This document shows, piece after piece, positions 46,919 through 57,977 of a stretch of 64,000 nucleotides of DNA. How positions within the stretch are numbered: position 1 is the first letter of the stretch; every line of letters begins with the position of its first letter. The translations under genes were made by a program, and so were the position numbers. Below the pieces are notes generated by a model that ran no database searches, was not told where the DNA came from, and saw only the letters and a program-made list of their open reading frames with translations. The DNA comes from Myxococcota bacterium (GTDB lineage: Bacteria; Myxococcota_A; Polyangia; Nannocystales; Nannocystaceae): the NCBI GenBank assembly GCA_039028615.1, contig JBCCHT010000038.1:1-64000 (forward strand), given 5' to 3'.

Positions 46919-48724
46919 ATGATCAATCTCGTCCGGCGATACCTCGAAGGGCGATTGGGCTCGGACCTGCCGCTCGAGCTCGGGTGGAAGGTCCGGGTCT
47001 TCGGGCTCGCCTGCCTCGTGCTGGGCATCGCCGTGCTGGTGATCGCGATCAACCAGGGCAACCAGGGGCAGGTCACCGTGGCGGCGGGGATGAGCGCATT
47101 GACGCTCGTCATCTGGTCGTTGCCGCGCTTTGCCCACGACGCTCAGTCGTTGATGCGGGTCAGCCACGCGCTGATCGGCATGTGTGTCTGTGTCGTCGTC
47201 GGCCTGTCGATCATTCGCGGTGGCCTGAGCTCGCCGCTGCCGATGGCGCTGGCGCTGGTGCCCGTGCTGTCCGGCATCTTGCTCGGCGCGCGCATGATGA
47301 TGCCGTGGTCGATGGTGGCCTTGGTCTCGTTGCTGGCGCTGGGCCTGGTGCCGCAGTGGATGGGCATCTCGCTATCCGACCACTTCTCGGTCGAGGGCCA
47401 GGCGTTCTCCGGCTACTTCTCCCCGATCGTGATGCTCCTGATCATGGTGGGGCTGATTCGCATGATGCTCCAGCTCCAGGGCGTCGCGCTCGATGCCGCC
47501 CGCGTGGCCGAGCGCGAGCGCGTGGTGGCCGAGCGCTCGGCCGAGCAGCGCCGAACCGAGCACATGGCGATGGTGGGGCAGCTGGCGGTGGGCGTGGCCC
47601 ACGAGGTCAACAATCCGCTGGCCTACGTCGTCGGCAATGTCTCCTTCGTCATCGACGCCCTGCGCTCGAACGAGTCCGAGGAGTGGGGCGAGGCCATCGA
47701 CGCCCTGCAGGACGCGGCCGACGGGGCGGAGCGAATCGCTCGCATCGTCACCCGGCTCAATGCCCACGGTCGCGACGACGAAGACCAGGCAGTGCCGATC
47801 TCGCTGCGGGACAGCGTCGAGGCAGCGCTGCACATCGCGTCCAATCAGCTCCGCCACCGGGCGCGAATCGTGCGGAACTTCGACGCCGACCCCATCGTCG
47901 AGGCCGACGCGCATCGGCTGACGCAGGTCTTCCTCAACATGCTCATCAACTCGGCCCACGCCATTCCCACCGGGGAGCGCGAGGCCAACGAGATCTCCGT
48001 CAGCGTGCAGCAGCGCGACGACGAAGCCACCGTGGAAATCGTGGACACGGGCGAGGGCATCGACCCCAAGGTCCTGCCCCGCATCACCGAGCCCTTCTTC
48101 ACCACCAAGGAGGTCGGTCGGGGCACGGGCTTGGGGCTGAGCATCAGTCGGTCGATCATCGAGCGCTACGAGGGCAACCTCGAGATCAGCAGCGAGCTCG
48201 GCGTGGGCACCTGTATTCGTGTTCGCTTCCCGCTGTGTCGCAAGCTGCAGCTCGAAGCGGTCGAGGACTCCGAGCGGGTCAGCGACCCCGACGAGGGCAT
48301 GGTGCTGGTCATCGACGACGACCCGCTGGTCCGCAAGACGCTCGGGCGCATGCTGCCCGGGCGCGTGGTCGAGGCCGGCGACGTGCGGCAGGCGATCGGC
48401 AAGCTCGAGCGCGGCGAGGTCTTCCACGCCATCTTGTGCGACGTGATGATGCCCGACCAGACGGGCGTGGACTTCTACCACCAGCTCGAGCGCTCGTACC
48501 CGGCGTCGCTGTCTCGGCTGCTGTTCTTCAGCGGCGGAGTGTTCGAGGCCGAAGCCCAGAAGTTCTTCGCGACCTGCTCGATCCCGGTGCTGCAAAAGCC
48601 GCTCGATCGCAAGCGACTGCTCCAGGCCCTCGACGAGCTGCCTCCGCTGTCGCGACCCCAGGAGCTGCTCGTCGCCAATCGCGGCGAGATGCTGCACGCG
48701 GCCGGGGCCGAGTCGAGCCGCTGA
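46919..48724 (+). CDS. Membrane hybrid sensor histidine kinase / response regulator
   Basis: About 6 TMs; AHEVNNPL, NMLINS, DTGEGI, PFFTTK and GTGLGL; REC VIDDD, CDVMMP, KP. Confidence 0.92.
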   Translation: MINLVRRYLEGRLGSDLPLELGWKVRVFGLACLVLGIAVLVIAINQGNQGQVTVAAGMSALTLVIWSLPRFAHDAQSLMRVSHALIGMCVCVVVGLSIIRGGLSSPLPMALALVPVLSGILLGARMMMPWSMVALVSLLALGLVPQWMGISLSDHFSVEGQAFSGYFSPIVMLLIMVGLIRMMLQLQGVALDAARVAERERVVAERSAEQRRTEHMAMVGQLAVGVAHEVNNPLAYVVGNVSFVIDALRSNESEEWGEAIDALQDAADGAERIARIVTRLNAHGRDDEDQAVPISLRDSVEAALHIASNQLRHRARIVRNFDADPIVEADAHRLTQVFLNMLINSAHAIPTGEREANEISVSVQQRDDEATVEIVDTGEGIDPKVLPRITEPFFTTKEVGRGTGLGLSISRSIIERYEGNLEISSELGVGTCIRVRFPLCRKLQLEAVEDSERVSDPDEGMVLVIDDDPLVRKTLGRMLPGRVVEAGDVRQAIGKLERGEVFHAILCDVMMPDQTGVDFYHQLERSYPASLSRLLFFSGGVFEAEAQKFFATCSIPVLQKPLDRKRLLQALDELPPLSRPQELLVANRGEMLHAAGAESSR

Positions 48725-48875
48725 GTCGCGCGTGACGATGCGGGGCTCGGGTGGTGCACCGCAGCGCCTCGTGCGCTGAGCGGGGCCCGGGTCGCAGGAA
48801 ACCGCGTCGAGGCCGGTGACTGGGTGTTCGCGAGCGGCCGTCGTGCGGCGGGGCGAGATCGGTATGCTGGCGCCG

Positions 48876-50165
48876 ATGAGCCACCTCGCTCCCGTTCCGC
48901 CCCCGGCCGACGACGACGAACGGCACGATGCCTCGACGCCGAAGTCGACCCGGAGCTGGACGCAGGATCTGCGAGCGGGCGTGCGTCGTCCCGAGGATCT
49001 GCGCCGCCTACCCGTGGTGCCGCCCGCGGACGTGGCCGAGGCCTTCAAGGTCCGCGTGCCCGCGTCGTACCTCGAGCGCATCGACTGGAGCGACCCCGAA
49101 GACCCGCTGAGGCGACAGGCGATTCCGGCGGCCGAGGAGCTCGAGTTCTTGCCGGGGGAGCGCACCGACCCGATCGGCGACGCTGCCCACAGCCCGGTCC
49201 CGCACCTGACCCATCGCTATCCCGACCGGGTACTGCTGTACCCCACGTACATCTGCTCGATGTACTGCCGGCATTGCTTCCGCAAGGAGTCGCTCAACGA
49301 GGACGACAAGGGGGTCTCGCTGCGGGCGTTGGAGCCGGCCTTGGCCTATGTCGCGGCGCGGCCGGAGATCTGCGAGGTCATCCTGACCGGGGGCGATCCG
49401 CTGACGCTGAGCGACGCCCAGCTGGCCAAGCTGCGCGGGCGGATCGAAGCGATCGAGCATATCCGCCTGCTGCGGATCCATACCCGCGTCCCGGTGACCC
49501 TGCCGACGCGGGTGACGCCCGGGCTCGTCGATGCGCTGCGGGGTCGGTTGATGACCGCGGTGGTGACCCACTTCAACCACCCGCGGGAGATCGGAGACGA
49601 TGCGGTCGTGGCCTGTCGTCGCCTTCGCGAGGCGGGCTTCATGCTGCTCAACCAGGCGGTCTTGCTGAAGGGGGTCAACGACGACCCCGAGACCATGGCG
49701 ACCTTGCTGCGGGAGCTGGTCTATACCCTGGGGGCCAAGCCGTACTACTTGCATCACTGCGATCTGACCCGGGGGGTCTCGCACTTTCGTACGAGCATCG
49801 ATCAGGGGCTGGAGATCATGCGCTCGCTTCGAGGCGAAGTCTCCGGGCTCTGCGTGCCGCACTACATGCTCGACCTGCCCGGCGGGCACGGCAAGGTGCC
49901 GCTGAGTCCCGAGGTCGTGCGGCACCGCGAGGGCGAGCGGTGGCGCTTCGAGGCGTGGGACGGGCGCGTGCACGACTACGAGGAACAGCTGCGCTCCGAG
50001 CCCGAGTCGGCGCAGCCGCCCAGCGAGTTCGACCAGGCCGTCGCGGCCGCGCGACAGATGGTCGAGCACGGCGCGCGGGCGCTGAGCGAAGCGACGGCGC
50101 GCCGCGGGGCCGGCCTATGGGCACAGGCCCGTCGCCGCCTGGCGGGGCTGCGCGGCAAGGCTTGA
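48876..50165 (+). CDS. KamA/EpmB-family radical SAM aminomutase
   Basis: HRYPDRVL, CSMYCRHCFR, LTGGDPL, RIHTRVP, HFNHP, NQAVLLKGVND and DLPGGHGK (PLP Lys). Start is 48864 or 48876. Confidence 0.9.
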   Translation: MSHLAPVPPPADDDERHDASTPKSTRSWTQDLRAGVRRPEDLRRLPVVPPADVAEAFKVRVPASYLERIDWSDPEDPLRRQAIPAAEELEFLPGERTDPIGDAAHSPVPHLTHRYPDRVLLYPTYICSMYCRHCFRKESLNEDDKGVSLRALEPALAYVAARPEICEVILTGGDPLTLSDAQLAKLRGRIEAIEHIRLLRIHTRVPVTLPTRVTPGLVDALRGRLMTAVVTHFNHPREIGDDAVVACRRLREAGFMLLNQAVLLKGVNDDPETMATLLRELVYTLGAKPYYLHHCDLTRGVSHFRTSIDQGLEIMRSLRGEVSGLCVPHYMLDLPGGHGKVPLSPEVVRHREGERWRFEAWDGRVHDYEEQLRSEPESAQPPSEFDQAVAAARQMVEHGARALSEATARRGAGLWAQARRRLAGLRGKA

Positions 50166-50210
50166 GGCTTGCAGTTCAGTCGCCGCACGTAAATTCGATA
50201 GGGGGCGCCC

Positions 50211-50789
50211 GTGCGCTCCGCCTTGCTCGTATTCGCGTCGTTGCTCGCGTGCCGCCCTCCTGCGGGGACGGACGCAAATCCCGAGCCGGCCCCGGTCGTG
50301 GAGTCGGCCACCGTCGCGTTCGAGCACGTGCCCACCGAAGGGCGCACCCTGCTGCCCGGGCTCATCGACGCGCATACCCATGTCCAGATGCCGAAGCAGC
50401 TCGAGCGAGCGCTGGCCTTCGGGGTCACCACCGAGATCGACATGTTCACCACCGACGAGGTGGCGGCGGGCCTCCGGGGACCGGCCACGAACCGGGCAGA
50501 GCTGGTGTCGGCGAGCGTGCTCGCCACCGCGCCGGGTGGGCACGGCACGGAGTACGGCATCACCATCCCCACCGTTTCGAAGGGGTCGATGCAGGGGCTG
50601 ATCCATGCCCGGCAGCTGGGCTTCATGCCGGCCATGACCTCGGTCCGGCTCGAGGGCGCGTGGACCGAGCACGCACTCGACATCCGGGACCTGGTGGCCG
50701 AGCCTTAGGACGTGGTGGCCATCTTCTTTGGCGGTCCGCCGCAGGCGGGGCCCTTCGCGTTTCAGCTCGACGACGTGCGCCTTCGGTGA
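50211..50789 (+). pseudogene. Remnant of an amidohydrolase-CIA30-like fusion with internal deletions and an in-frame TAG
   Basis: GRTLLPGLIDAHTH, FGVTT and GGHG present, but the rest of the TIM barrel is missing; after TAG 50706-50708 the frame continues DVVAIFFGGPPQAGPFAFQLDDVRLR to TGA at 50789. Confidence 0.7.
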
Positions 50790-50799
50790 CCGGGACTTC

Positions 50800-50837
50800 G
50801 AAAACACGAAGGCCGGGCCCTTGCGGGACCGGCCTTC
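50800..50837 (-). terminator. Intrinsic terminator (possibly bidirectional)
   Basis: GAAGGCCGG(G)CCC-TTGC-GGG(A)CCGGCCTTC hairpin at 50808-50837; the minus strand continues GTGTTTTC; lies between convergent genes. Confidence 0.7.
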
Positions 50838-50937
50838 AACGGGAGCGGTGACAAAGTGTGATCGGACGAAGGTCCCCGGGGCTCGACCACGTGAGTCGAT
50901 CCCTCGTGCCGCGGGAAAGCGGCGACGACTGAGCGGG

Positions 50938-51153
50938 CTACGCGGCGGCGTCGACCCGGCGACCGAGCTTGTCCAAACCGGCTTGGATCAAGCTGGACCA
51001 CAGCTGGGCCTGCTCGAAGGTCGCGCTGGCGTCGACTCCGGGCTGGCGAGCGAGCGCAGCAAGCGCCTGCTCGAGGCGAACGGTGGCATCGAAGAGGCTG
51101 CGCTCGGCGGCGTGCAACAGCGCATCGGCTTGTTCGTCGTACATGGGGTCCAT
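50938..51153 (-). CDS. Small helical hypothetical protein (71 aa)
   Basis: GC3-biased codons, purine-rich GGGAAGA upstream and a downstream terminator. Confidence 0.6.
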   Translation of the reverse strand: MDPMYDEQADALLHAAERSLFDATVRLEQALAALARQPGVDASATFEQAQLWSSLIQAGLDKLGRRVDAAA

Positions 51154-51175
51154 GACAGTGTCTTCCCGTTTGCAA

Positions 51176-51322
51176 GGCGATCGTGAGTGATCGCCATGTA
51201 TTCAGCATGACCTCCCAATAAAGCCGTGCGAGGTCGAAGACGTTACAAATCGACGAAAATTTGACTTTTACGGCCAAATTTCTCATGTCGAAGGGTTGCA
51301 ATTAAGAGATCCCGGGATCTCT
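51176..51322. promoter_or_regulatory. AT-rich regulatory region with three inverted repeats
   Basis: GGCGATC-N6-GATCGCC (51176-51195), AAATTTG-N11-CAAATTT (51257-51281) and the perfect palindrome AGAGATCCCGGGATCTCT (51305-51322). Confidence 0.5.
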
Positions 51323-51418
51323 CCGCCTCGCGCGCCGGTTCAGGAGCCGAAATTGCCCGGCGTAGTGCGTGGTGTGCCGATCAGCGAGCGAATGCCACAG
51401 GTGTGTGTCGAACCACCA

Positions 51419-51949
51419 TCACAATTGGGCATTGTCGGGGTCGATGCGTCGGGCGGTGATCAACAACGCGGCAATGAGAGTGCCGAGCCATATGCTGATC
51501 ACCACCGAGTATGCCGAATGCGGAATGGTGACTTCACCCGCACGCATCGCTCCATAAAGTGACGCGACACCGACGAGTGTGCCCACGATGAGACCGACCA
51601 GGGGTCGCGCGCGCAACGGGTGCAACGCATATGCGGTGGTGGTGCCAATCAGCGCCCACGACGACGGCAGCCACGCCGGAAAGGGCAGGGGCGACAGGGG
51701 GTGCACGAAGGGCATGAGCCCCGCGAGGGCCAAGACCGTTTCGCCGACCGTGCCGATGGCGGCGCCCGCGAGCAGCAGTCGGAGGTCGCGACTGCGTCGG
51801 CGCGACACGGCGATGGCCAACAGCACCGCGATCCACGAAAGCCCAATGCCGAGCGCGTGTCGATCGAAGGCCGCGGCGAGCAGCGGACCCGCTGCGCCGA
51901 GCTGGAGCAGACCGAGGTTGATGCGATTGGCGCGACGATCGACGGGCAT
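51419..51949 (-). CDS. DUF2878-like integral membrane protein
   Basis: Multiple TMs; NLGLLQLG...IGTVGETVL...PAWL..W...Y pattern. Confidence 0.65.
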   Translation of the reverse strand: MPVDRRANRINLGLLQLGAAGPLLAAAFDRHALGIGLSWIAVLLAIAVSRRRSRDLRLLLAGAAIGTVGETVLALAGLMPFVHPLSPLPFPAWLPSSWALIGTTTAYALHPLRARPLVGLIVGTLVGVASLYGAMRAGEVTIPHSAYSVVISIWLGTLIAALLITARRIDPDNAQL

Positions 51950-52200
51950 CGGACGAGACGAGCATCACGGTAGCGCCCGGCAGCGGGCCTCGCGAGCGCC
52001 CGCGCCCTCGCGGTGCGCATGGAGCCGAATGGCCGCCCCTGGCCTTCGTAGCCGGTGCAAAACCACCGTCGGTCCTGCCCGGGCGGTGGTCGCTCGGTCG
52101 TGAACGCGGAGGCGCGGCGTCGTAGCGGCCCGAGCGCTCGCACCGCGGCCTTCGTCTTGACGCTCGGCGAGGGTCGATGCTGCGATGATGTCGACAGGTG

Positions 52201-53931
52201 ATGTCGTCGATGAATCGTCTCGGGCTGCGGACCCGCTTCATGACCGCGGTGGCCCTCGGGTTGGGGCTCGGACTCGCGGCCTCGTGCGGCCCGCCCGAGC
52301 TCCCCGAGCCGGTCGAACCGGTGGAGCCGGCCATCAATAGCGACGAGCTGTACTCCCTCGATCGCCTGCCCCGCTTCGACATCACGCTGGACGCCGCCGC
52401 CTGGGCTGCGCTCGAGGCCGAGCCCAAGGAGTGGGTGCGGGGGCGCTTCCAGTACGAGGATTCCGTCTACGAGAACGTGGGGGTGCGGCTCAAGGGCAAC
52501 CACTCGTTTCGCTCGCTCGACGAGAAGGCCTCGTTCAAGATCAAGTTCAACGAGTACATCAGCGGCACGCGGTTTCTGGGGCTCGAGGGGCTGACCCTCA
52601 ACAGCATGGTGGTCGATGGCTCGATGTTGCGAGAGTGGATCTCGTATCGAGTCTTCCGCCAGCTCGGTGTGCCCGCACCGCGAGTCGGCTATGCCGAGGT
52701 CTTCGTCAACGACGAACCCTACGGTCTGTACCTCAACCTCGAGCCCTACGATGACTCGTTCTTGCAGCGGGTCTATGCCGATCCCACGGGCAATTTGTAC
52801 GAGTCCGAGTCGAGTGCCGACATCCACGGTGACATCGAGAAGTGGGATCAAGACGAAGGCTCGGACCATAGTCGGCAGGACATCGCGGCGTTCTCCGAGC
52901 TGGCGCAGCGCGAGGGCAACGAGGTGTTCTACGGCCCCGAGTCGGTCGTCGACATGCCGCGCTTCCTCGCGTTCTTGGCCGGGGAAGCGATCGTGGGCCA
53001 CTTCGACGGCCACATGGCGGGCCACAACTTCTTCATCTACCACGAGCCCGCGGCGGGAACGTGGACGTACCTGCCTTGGGGGCTCGACCAGGCGCTGGCC
53101 CGACGCCCCGACCCCTACGCCCAAAACGGCTTCTTGGGCGACAAGTGCCTGCACGACGAGCGCTGCCTGGTCGACTACGTGAACGCCTCGAATGTGGCGC
53201 TCACCCAGCTGGCCAAGATCGACTTCGAGGCCGAGGTGGCGCAGGCCATCGAGCTGACCGACGACGCGATGCGCGAGGATCCGCGTCGCCCCTACTCGGT
53301 GGACACGGTGCTCTCCGGACGCGAGCGCTCGTTGGGCTACATCACCACGCGCGCCGACGACTTGGCTCCCCCGCTCGATTGCCTGGTGGACGGCGAGCAG
53401 CCCGACGCCGACGGCGATGGCTTCGGTCCTTGCTTTCAGGATTGCGACGAGAGCAATCCCGACATCCACCCCGAGGCCGAAGAACTCTGCGACGGGATCG
53501 ACAACGATTGCTCCGGGTTCATCGACGACGTCCCGAGCTGCGAGTGCCCTTCGGTCACGGTGGAGGGGCGCACGTTCTATCTGTGCCTCAATCGGCTGAC
53601 CTGGCTGCAGTCGCGTGAATACTGTGCGGAGCAGGGGCGGGTCCTGGCCCAGTTCGACAGCCCGGAGCAGATGGCCGAGGTCTGGGCGGCGGCGGACGAG
53701 ATCGCGTCGGGGCGCTGGGCCATCGGCCTGAACGATCGCGAGGTCGAAGAGGACTACCGCTGGCCCGACGGCAGCGCGCCCACCTTCTCGGGCTGGGCCG
53801 AGGGCGAGCCGGCGCACGTGCTCGACTGGTTCGACTGCGTGTTCCTGCACGGCGACGGGCTGTGGCACGAGTGCAACTGCATCGAGAAGGGCTCGTTCAT
53901 CTGCACCGACGACGAGTCGGCCGGCGAGTGA
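52201..53931 (+). CDS. CotH kinase-family lipoprotein with putative metal-binding repeat and C-type lectin domain
   Basis: Lipobox AASC; VGVRLKG..S, KASFKIKFN, PAPR, YGLYLNLE, HFDG..HNFF and PWGLD; DADGDG..DCD..ELCDGIDNDC; WAIGLND...WPDG...WAEGEP...DCV...W...C...FIC. Confidence 0.88.
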   Translation: MSSMNRLGLRTRFMTAVALGLGLGLAASCGPPELPEPVEPVEPAINSDELYSLDRLPRFDITLDAAAWAALEAEPKEWVRGRFQYEDSVYENVGVRLKGNHSFRSLDEKASFKIKFNEYISGTRFLGLEGLTLNSMVVDGSMLREWISYRVFRQLGVPAPRVGYAEVFVNDEPYGLYLNLEPYDDSFLQRVYADPTGNLYESESSADIHGDIEKWDQDEGSDHSRQDIAAFSELAQREGNEVFYGPESVVDMPRFLAFLAGEAIVGHFDGHMAGHNFFIYHEPAAGTWTYLPWGLDQALARRPDPYAQNGFLGDKCLHDERCLVDYVNASNVALTQLAKIDFEAEVAQAIELTDDAMREDPRRPYSVDTVLSGRERSLGYITTRADDLAPPLDCLVDGEQPDADGDGFGPCFQDCDESNPDIHPEAEELCDGIDNDCSGFIDDVPSCECPSVTVEGRTFYLCLNRLTWLQSREYCAEQGRVLAQFDSPEQMAEVWAAADEIASGRWAIGLNDREVEEDYRWPDGSAPTFSGWAEGEPAHVLDWFDCVFLHGDGLWHECNCIEKGSFICTDDESAGE

Positions 53932-54179
53932 AGCCCGACCCGGGTGAACCGTCGTTTCGGGTCAGCACGGCACGAACACGACGAAACGGGCGGGCCTATG
54001 GCAGGCGATCCCGGGCCGCTGCGTTCGCGGCTACGTACTCGATCTGGGCCACGCGAACGCTGTGAGGGCCATCGTGACGAGCCCCGTGCCCATGCTCGTG
54101 AGCCGAGGCGGCCACCCTGGGTCAGGCTCGTCCCGAGAGGGGACCGACACGAATTGTCGCATTCGTCTACGATGAGGCA

Positions 54180-54671
54180 GTGGGAGCCGTCGAGCACCAC
54201 GACTCGGGCGACGGCTCATTGATCCTCGATGACCGGTTGTTTCCCGTGGTCCTCGGCACGTGGATCGGTGAGATCGACGTGTCCATGGTGGAGCTGTACT
54301 ACGGCTGGCTCGACGGCATGATCGAGCGGGCGGAATCCGAGCACACGCGAATCGTGACGGTGACCGATGGCCTCGATGCTCGGCGACCCCGAGGCGAGGT
54401 GCGACGCGCGTTTGCGGAGCACACCGATGCACGGCAGGCGAGCATGGACCGAGCGGTGATCGGCACGGTGGTGGCGACGCGCGGCCCCGTGCTGCTGGGC
54501 GCGGTGGCGGCCGTCTTCTGGATGATGCGAGGCGGTCCGCGCTTGCTGACCACGAGCGACATGCCCAAGGCGCTCGAGCGTACGCGCAAGATCTTGGTGG
54601 CCAACGGCGTGCGGCCGCCCCGTGACTTCGACCCGTCGCGCTACGAGCGACCGCCGCGGCCGAGCGGTTAG
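54180..54671 (+). CDS. Hypothetical protein, STAS/SEC14-like myxobacterial family
   Basis: FPVVLGTW.G...TVTD...P..EVRRAFAE...GAVAAVFW pattern. Confidence 0.55.
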   Translation: MGAVEHHDSGDGSLILDDRLFPVVLGTWIGEIDVSMVELYYGWLDGMIERAESEHTRIVTVTDGLDARRPRGEVRRAFAEHTDARQASMDRAVIGTVVATRGPVLLGAVAAVFWMMRGGPRLLTTSDMPKALERTRKILVANGVRPPRDFDPSRYERPPRPSG

Positions 54672-55033
54672 CGATACGGGCGGTAGGGCGGCGCTTGGCC
54701 GCGCCGCCGGGCACGAGCCCGGCTGTTTTGTTCGCGCACCGAGACCGCCCCGGCCACGATCATCGCGAGCTGAGCCGCGACCGCCACCGCGGTGTACATG
54801 CCTCGGGCCCGCGGCGAACTCTGCACGCGCGCGAGGTCGGTGGGCGGCGGCGGGAGCCGAGGGATGAGCGCCAGGTTGGGCGGAGGCTCGGGTTCGGCCT
54901 CGGGCTCGGTCGCATGCCGCAGATCGAGCGACGCCGTGTAGCCGATGCCGTCGTAAAACGGAGCCTCACCCCCAGCGGGCGGAGCCACGAGCACCACGGC
55001 CAATGCCACGCTCGTTCCAATTGCACCGACCAT
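54668..55033 (-). CDS. Small exported/membrane hypothetical protein
   Basis: Signal-like N-terminus and a C-terminal TM followed by basic residues; follows the sigma54 activator gene. Confidence 0.5.
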   Translation of the reverse strand: MVGAIGTSVALAVVLVAPPAGGEAPFYDGIGYTASLDLRHATEPEAEPEPPPNLALIPRLPPPPTDLARVQSSPRARGMYTAVAVAAQLAMIVAGAVSVREQNSRARARRRGQAPPYRPYR

Positions 55034-55069
55034 GGTCTCACCATAGCAGTCGGGCTCCAGCGGCGCGGG

Positions 55070-56436
<1,367 letters not shown>

Positions 56437-56437
<1 letters not shown>

Positions 56438-57957
56438 CACCAGCTCTTGATCGTATGGAGGGCGCCCGAGCGCAGCTCGACCCATTGGGTGGTGCGCCCC
56501 AGCTGTGGGTTTTCCAGCTCCACCTCGTAGCGACCGGGCGGGAGCTCGACTTCGATGGGGACGCGGCCCTGCGGTTCGCCGTCGATGCGGACCTCGGCCC
56601 AGGGCAGGACGTTGATCTTGAGTCGGCCCGGCTCGACGTCGGCCGGGGGCGGCGTGGGCTTGCGTGGTTGAGTGGACGGCGGGCGAGCCTTGGGCTGAGG
56701 CTCGGGCTCGGCCGTCGGGGTGACGGGGGCAGCGGCGGGGGGCGCCAGTGATGGTTCCTCGGCCGTGGGCGCGGGCTCTGGTTCGGGAGGCGTTTGCGGC
56801 GTTGGCTCAGGCTGCCGGGCGCGGTCGCTCGTCGGCGTTGCTGCGGCGGTCGGTGGTTCGTCCGGGCGCGCCGCGAGGGACGGAGAGTCGTCCTCTTTCA
56901 TGCCCCACTGCATCCACGCGACGAGTCCGAGCCCAAGGCCGAGCACGACGACCATCGGTATCCATCGCCCGCGCTCGGGGGCAGCGGGGGCCGGTGCTGC
57001 AACGGGAGCGGTCGCTTGGCGGTCTCCGTCGTCCTCGCCCAGCAGCGCCGAGTCCAGCGCGATGGCCTCGGCGACCGGAGCCTGCTTGCGCGCCCGTCGA
57101 ACCCAAGACGAAAGCCGGCCCGGTCCAGCATCGACGTCTCGTGCGGCCCGCCAGCGCTGCAGCGCTCGCAGCAGCCTGTCGATGTCCGCGTACCGATCGG
57201 CGGGAGCCTCGGCCGTCGCCCGCTCGACGATCGCTCGCAGGTCTCCATCGATGCGGGGATCGAGGCTGAGTTCCTCGCGCTCGCCCTGCTCCAGCACGAG
57301 CTGCCCGAGCACCAAGCCCAGCGCATATTGATCGGCACGTCCGTCGACCCCTCGGCCCTGCGCTTGCTCGGGCGCGAGATAGGCGGGCGTACCCTTGACC
57401 ACGCCGGGCAGGGTGTCGTCGCGCTCGTCGGCCACCTTGGCGATGCCGAAGTCGGCCAGCTTCACCACGCCATCGCGCGACAGCAGCACGTTCTTGGGTT
57501 TGATGTCGCGGTGCACGATCGCCAGCGGGGTGCCGTCCTCGTCGCTGAGCCCATGGGCGTAGCGCAGGGCGGCGGCGAGCTCCTCGACCACGAACAGCGC
57601 CTCGGACAGCCCCATGCGCTCGCGGTGCCGGGCCAGATCGCGGTGGAGGTCGAAGAGCGAGCAGCCGTCGACGTGCTCCATCACCACGTAGGGCTGCCCC
57701 GACTGCACGCCGAAGTCGAAGACCTGCACGATGTTGCCGTGCTGGAGCCGTTGGGCCAGTCGAGCTTCGCGGGCGAGGCCTTCGACCAGCTCGGGCTCGT
57801 CGGCGACATGAGGCCGCAGGCACTTGACGACGAGGCTCTTGGCAAAGCCCGCGGCGCCCTCGGCCGAGGCCCGGTAGACGTCGGCGACCCCTCCCGTTCC
57901 GATGCGCTCCCCGATGCGGTAGCGCCCCAACCGTCTGGCGACGCTCATCGGCCACAT
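56437..57957 (-). CDS. Membrane Ser/Thr protein kinase with C-terminal PEGA-like domain
   Basis: [21 protein letters not shown] and [28 protein letters not shown]; stop overlaps the activator start (TGATG). Start is 57957 or 57948. Confidence 0.92.
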
Positions 57958-57977
57958 GGTACCGTCCGAATTCGCCG

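Noticed and set aside
50706..50708. Pyrrolysine or recoded TAG
   Set aside because: No pyl genes are seen, TAG ends many intact genes in this window, and the gene is otherwise deleted, so a nonsense mutation is simpler.
51154..51240. Possible riboswitch upstream of the 71-aa gene
   Set aside because: A hairpin and GCAAAC are present, but the rest of the c-di-GMP or other known aptamer consensus is not.
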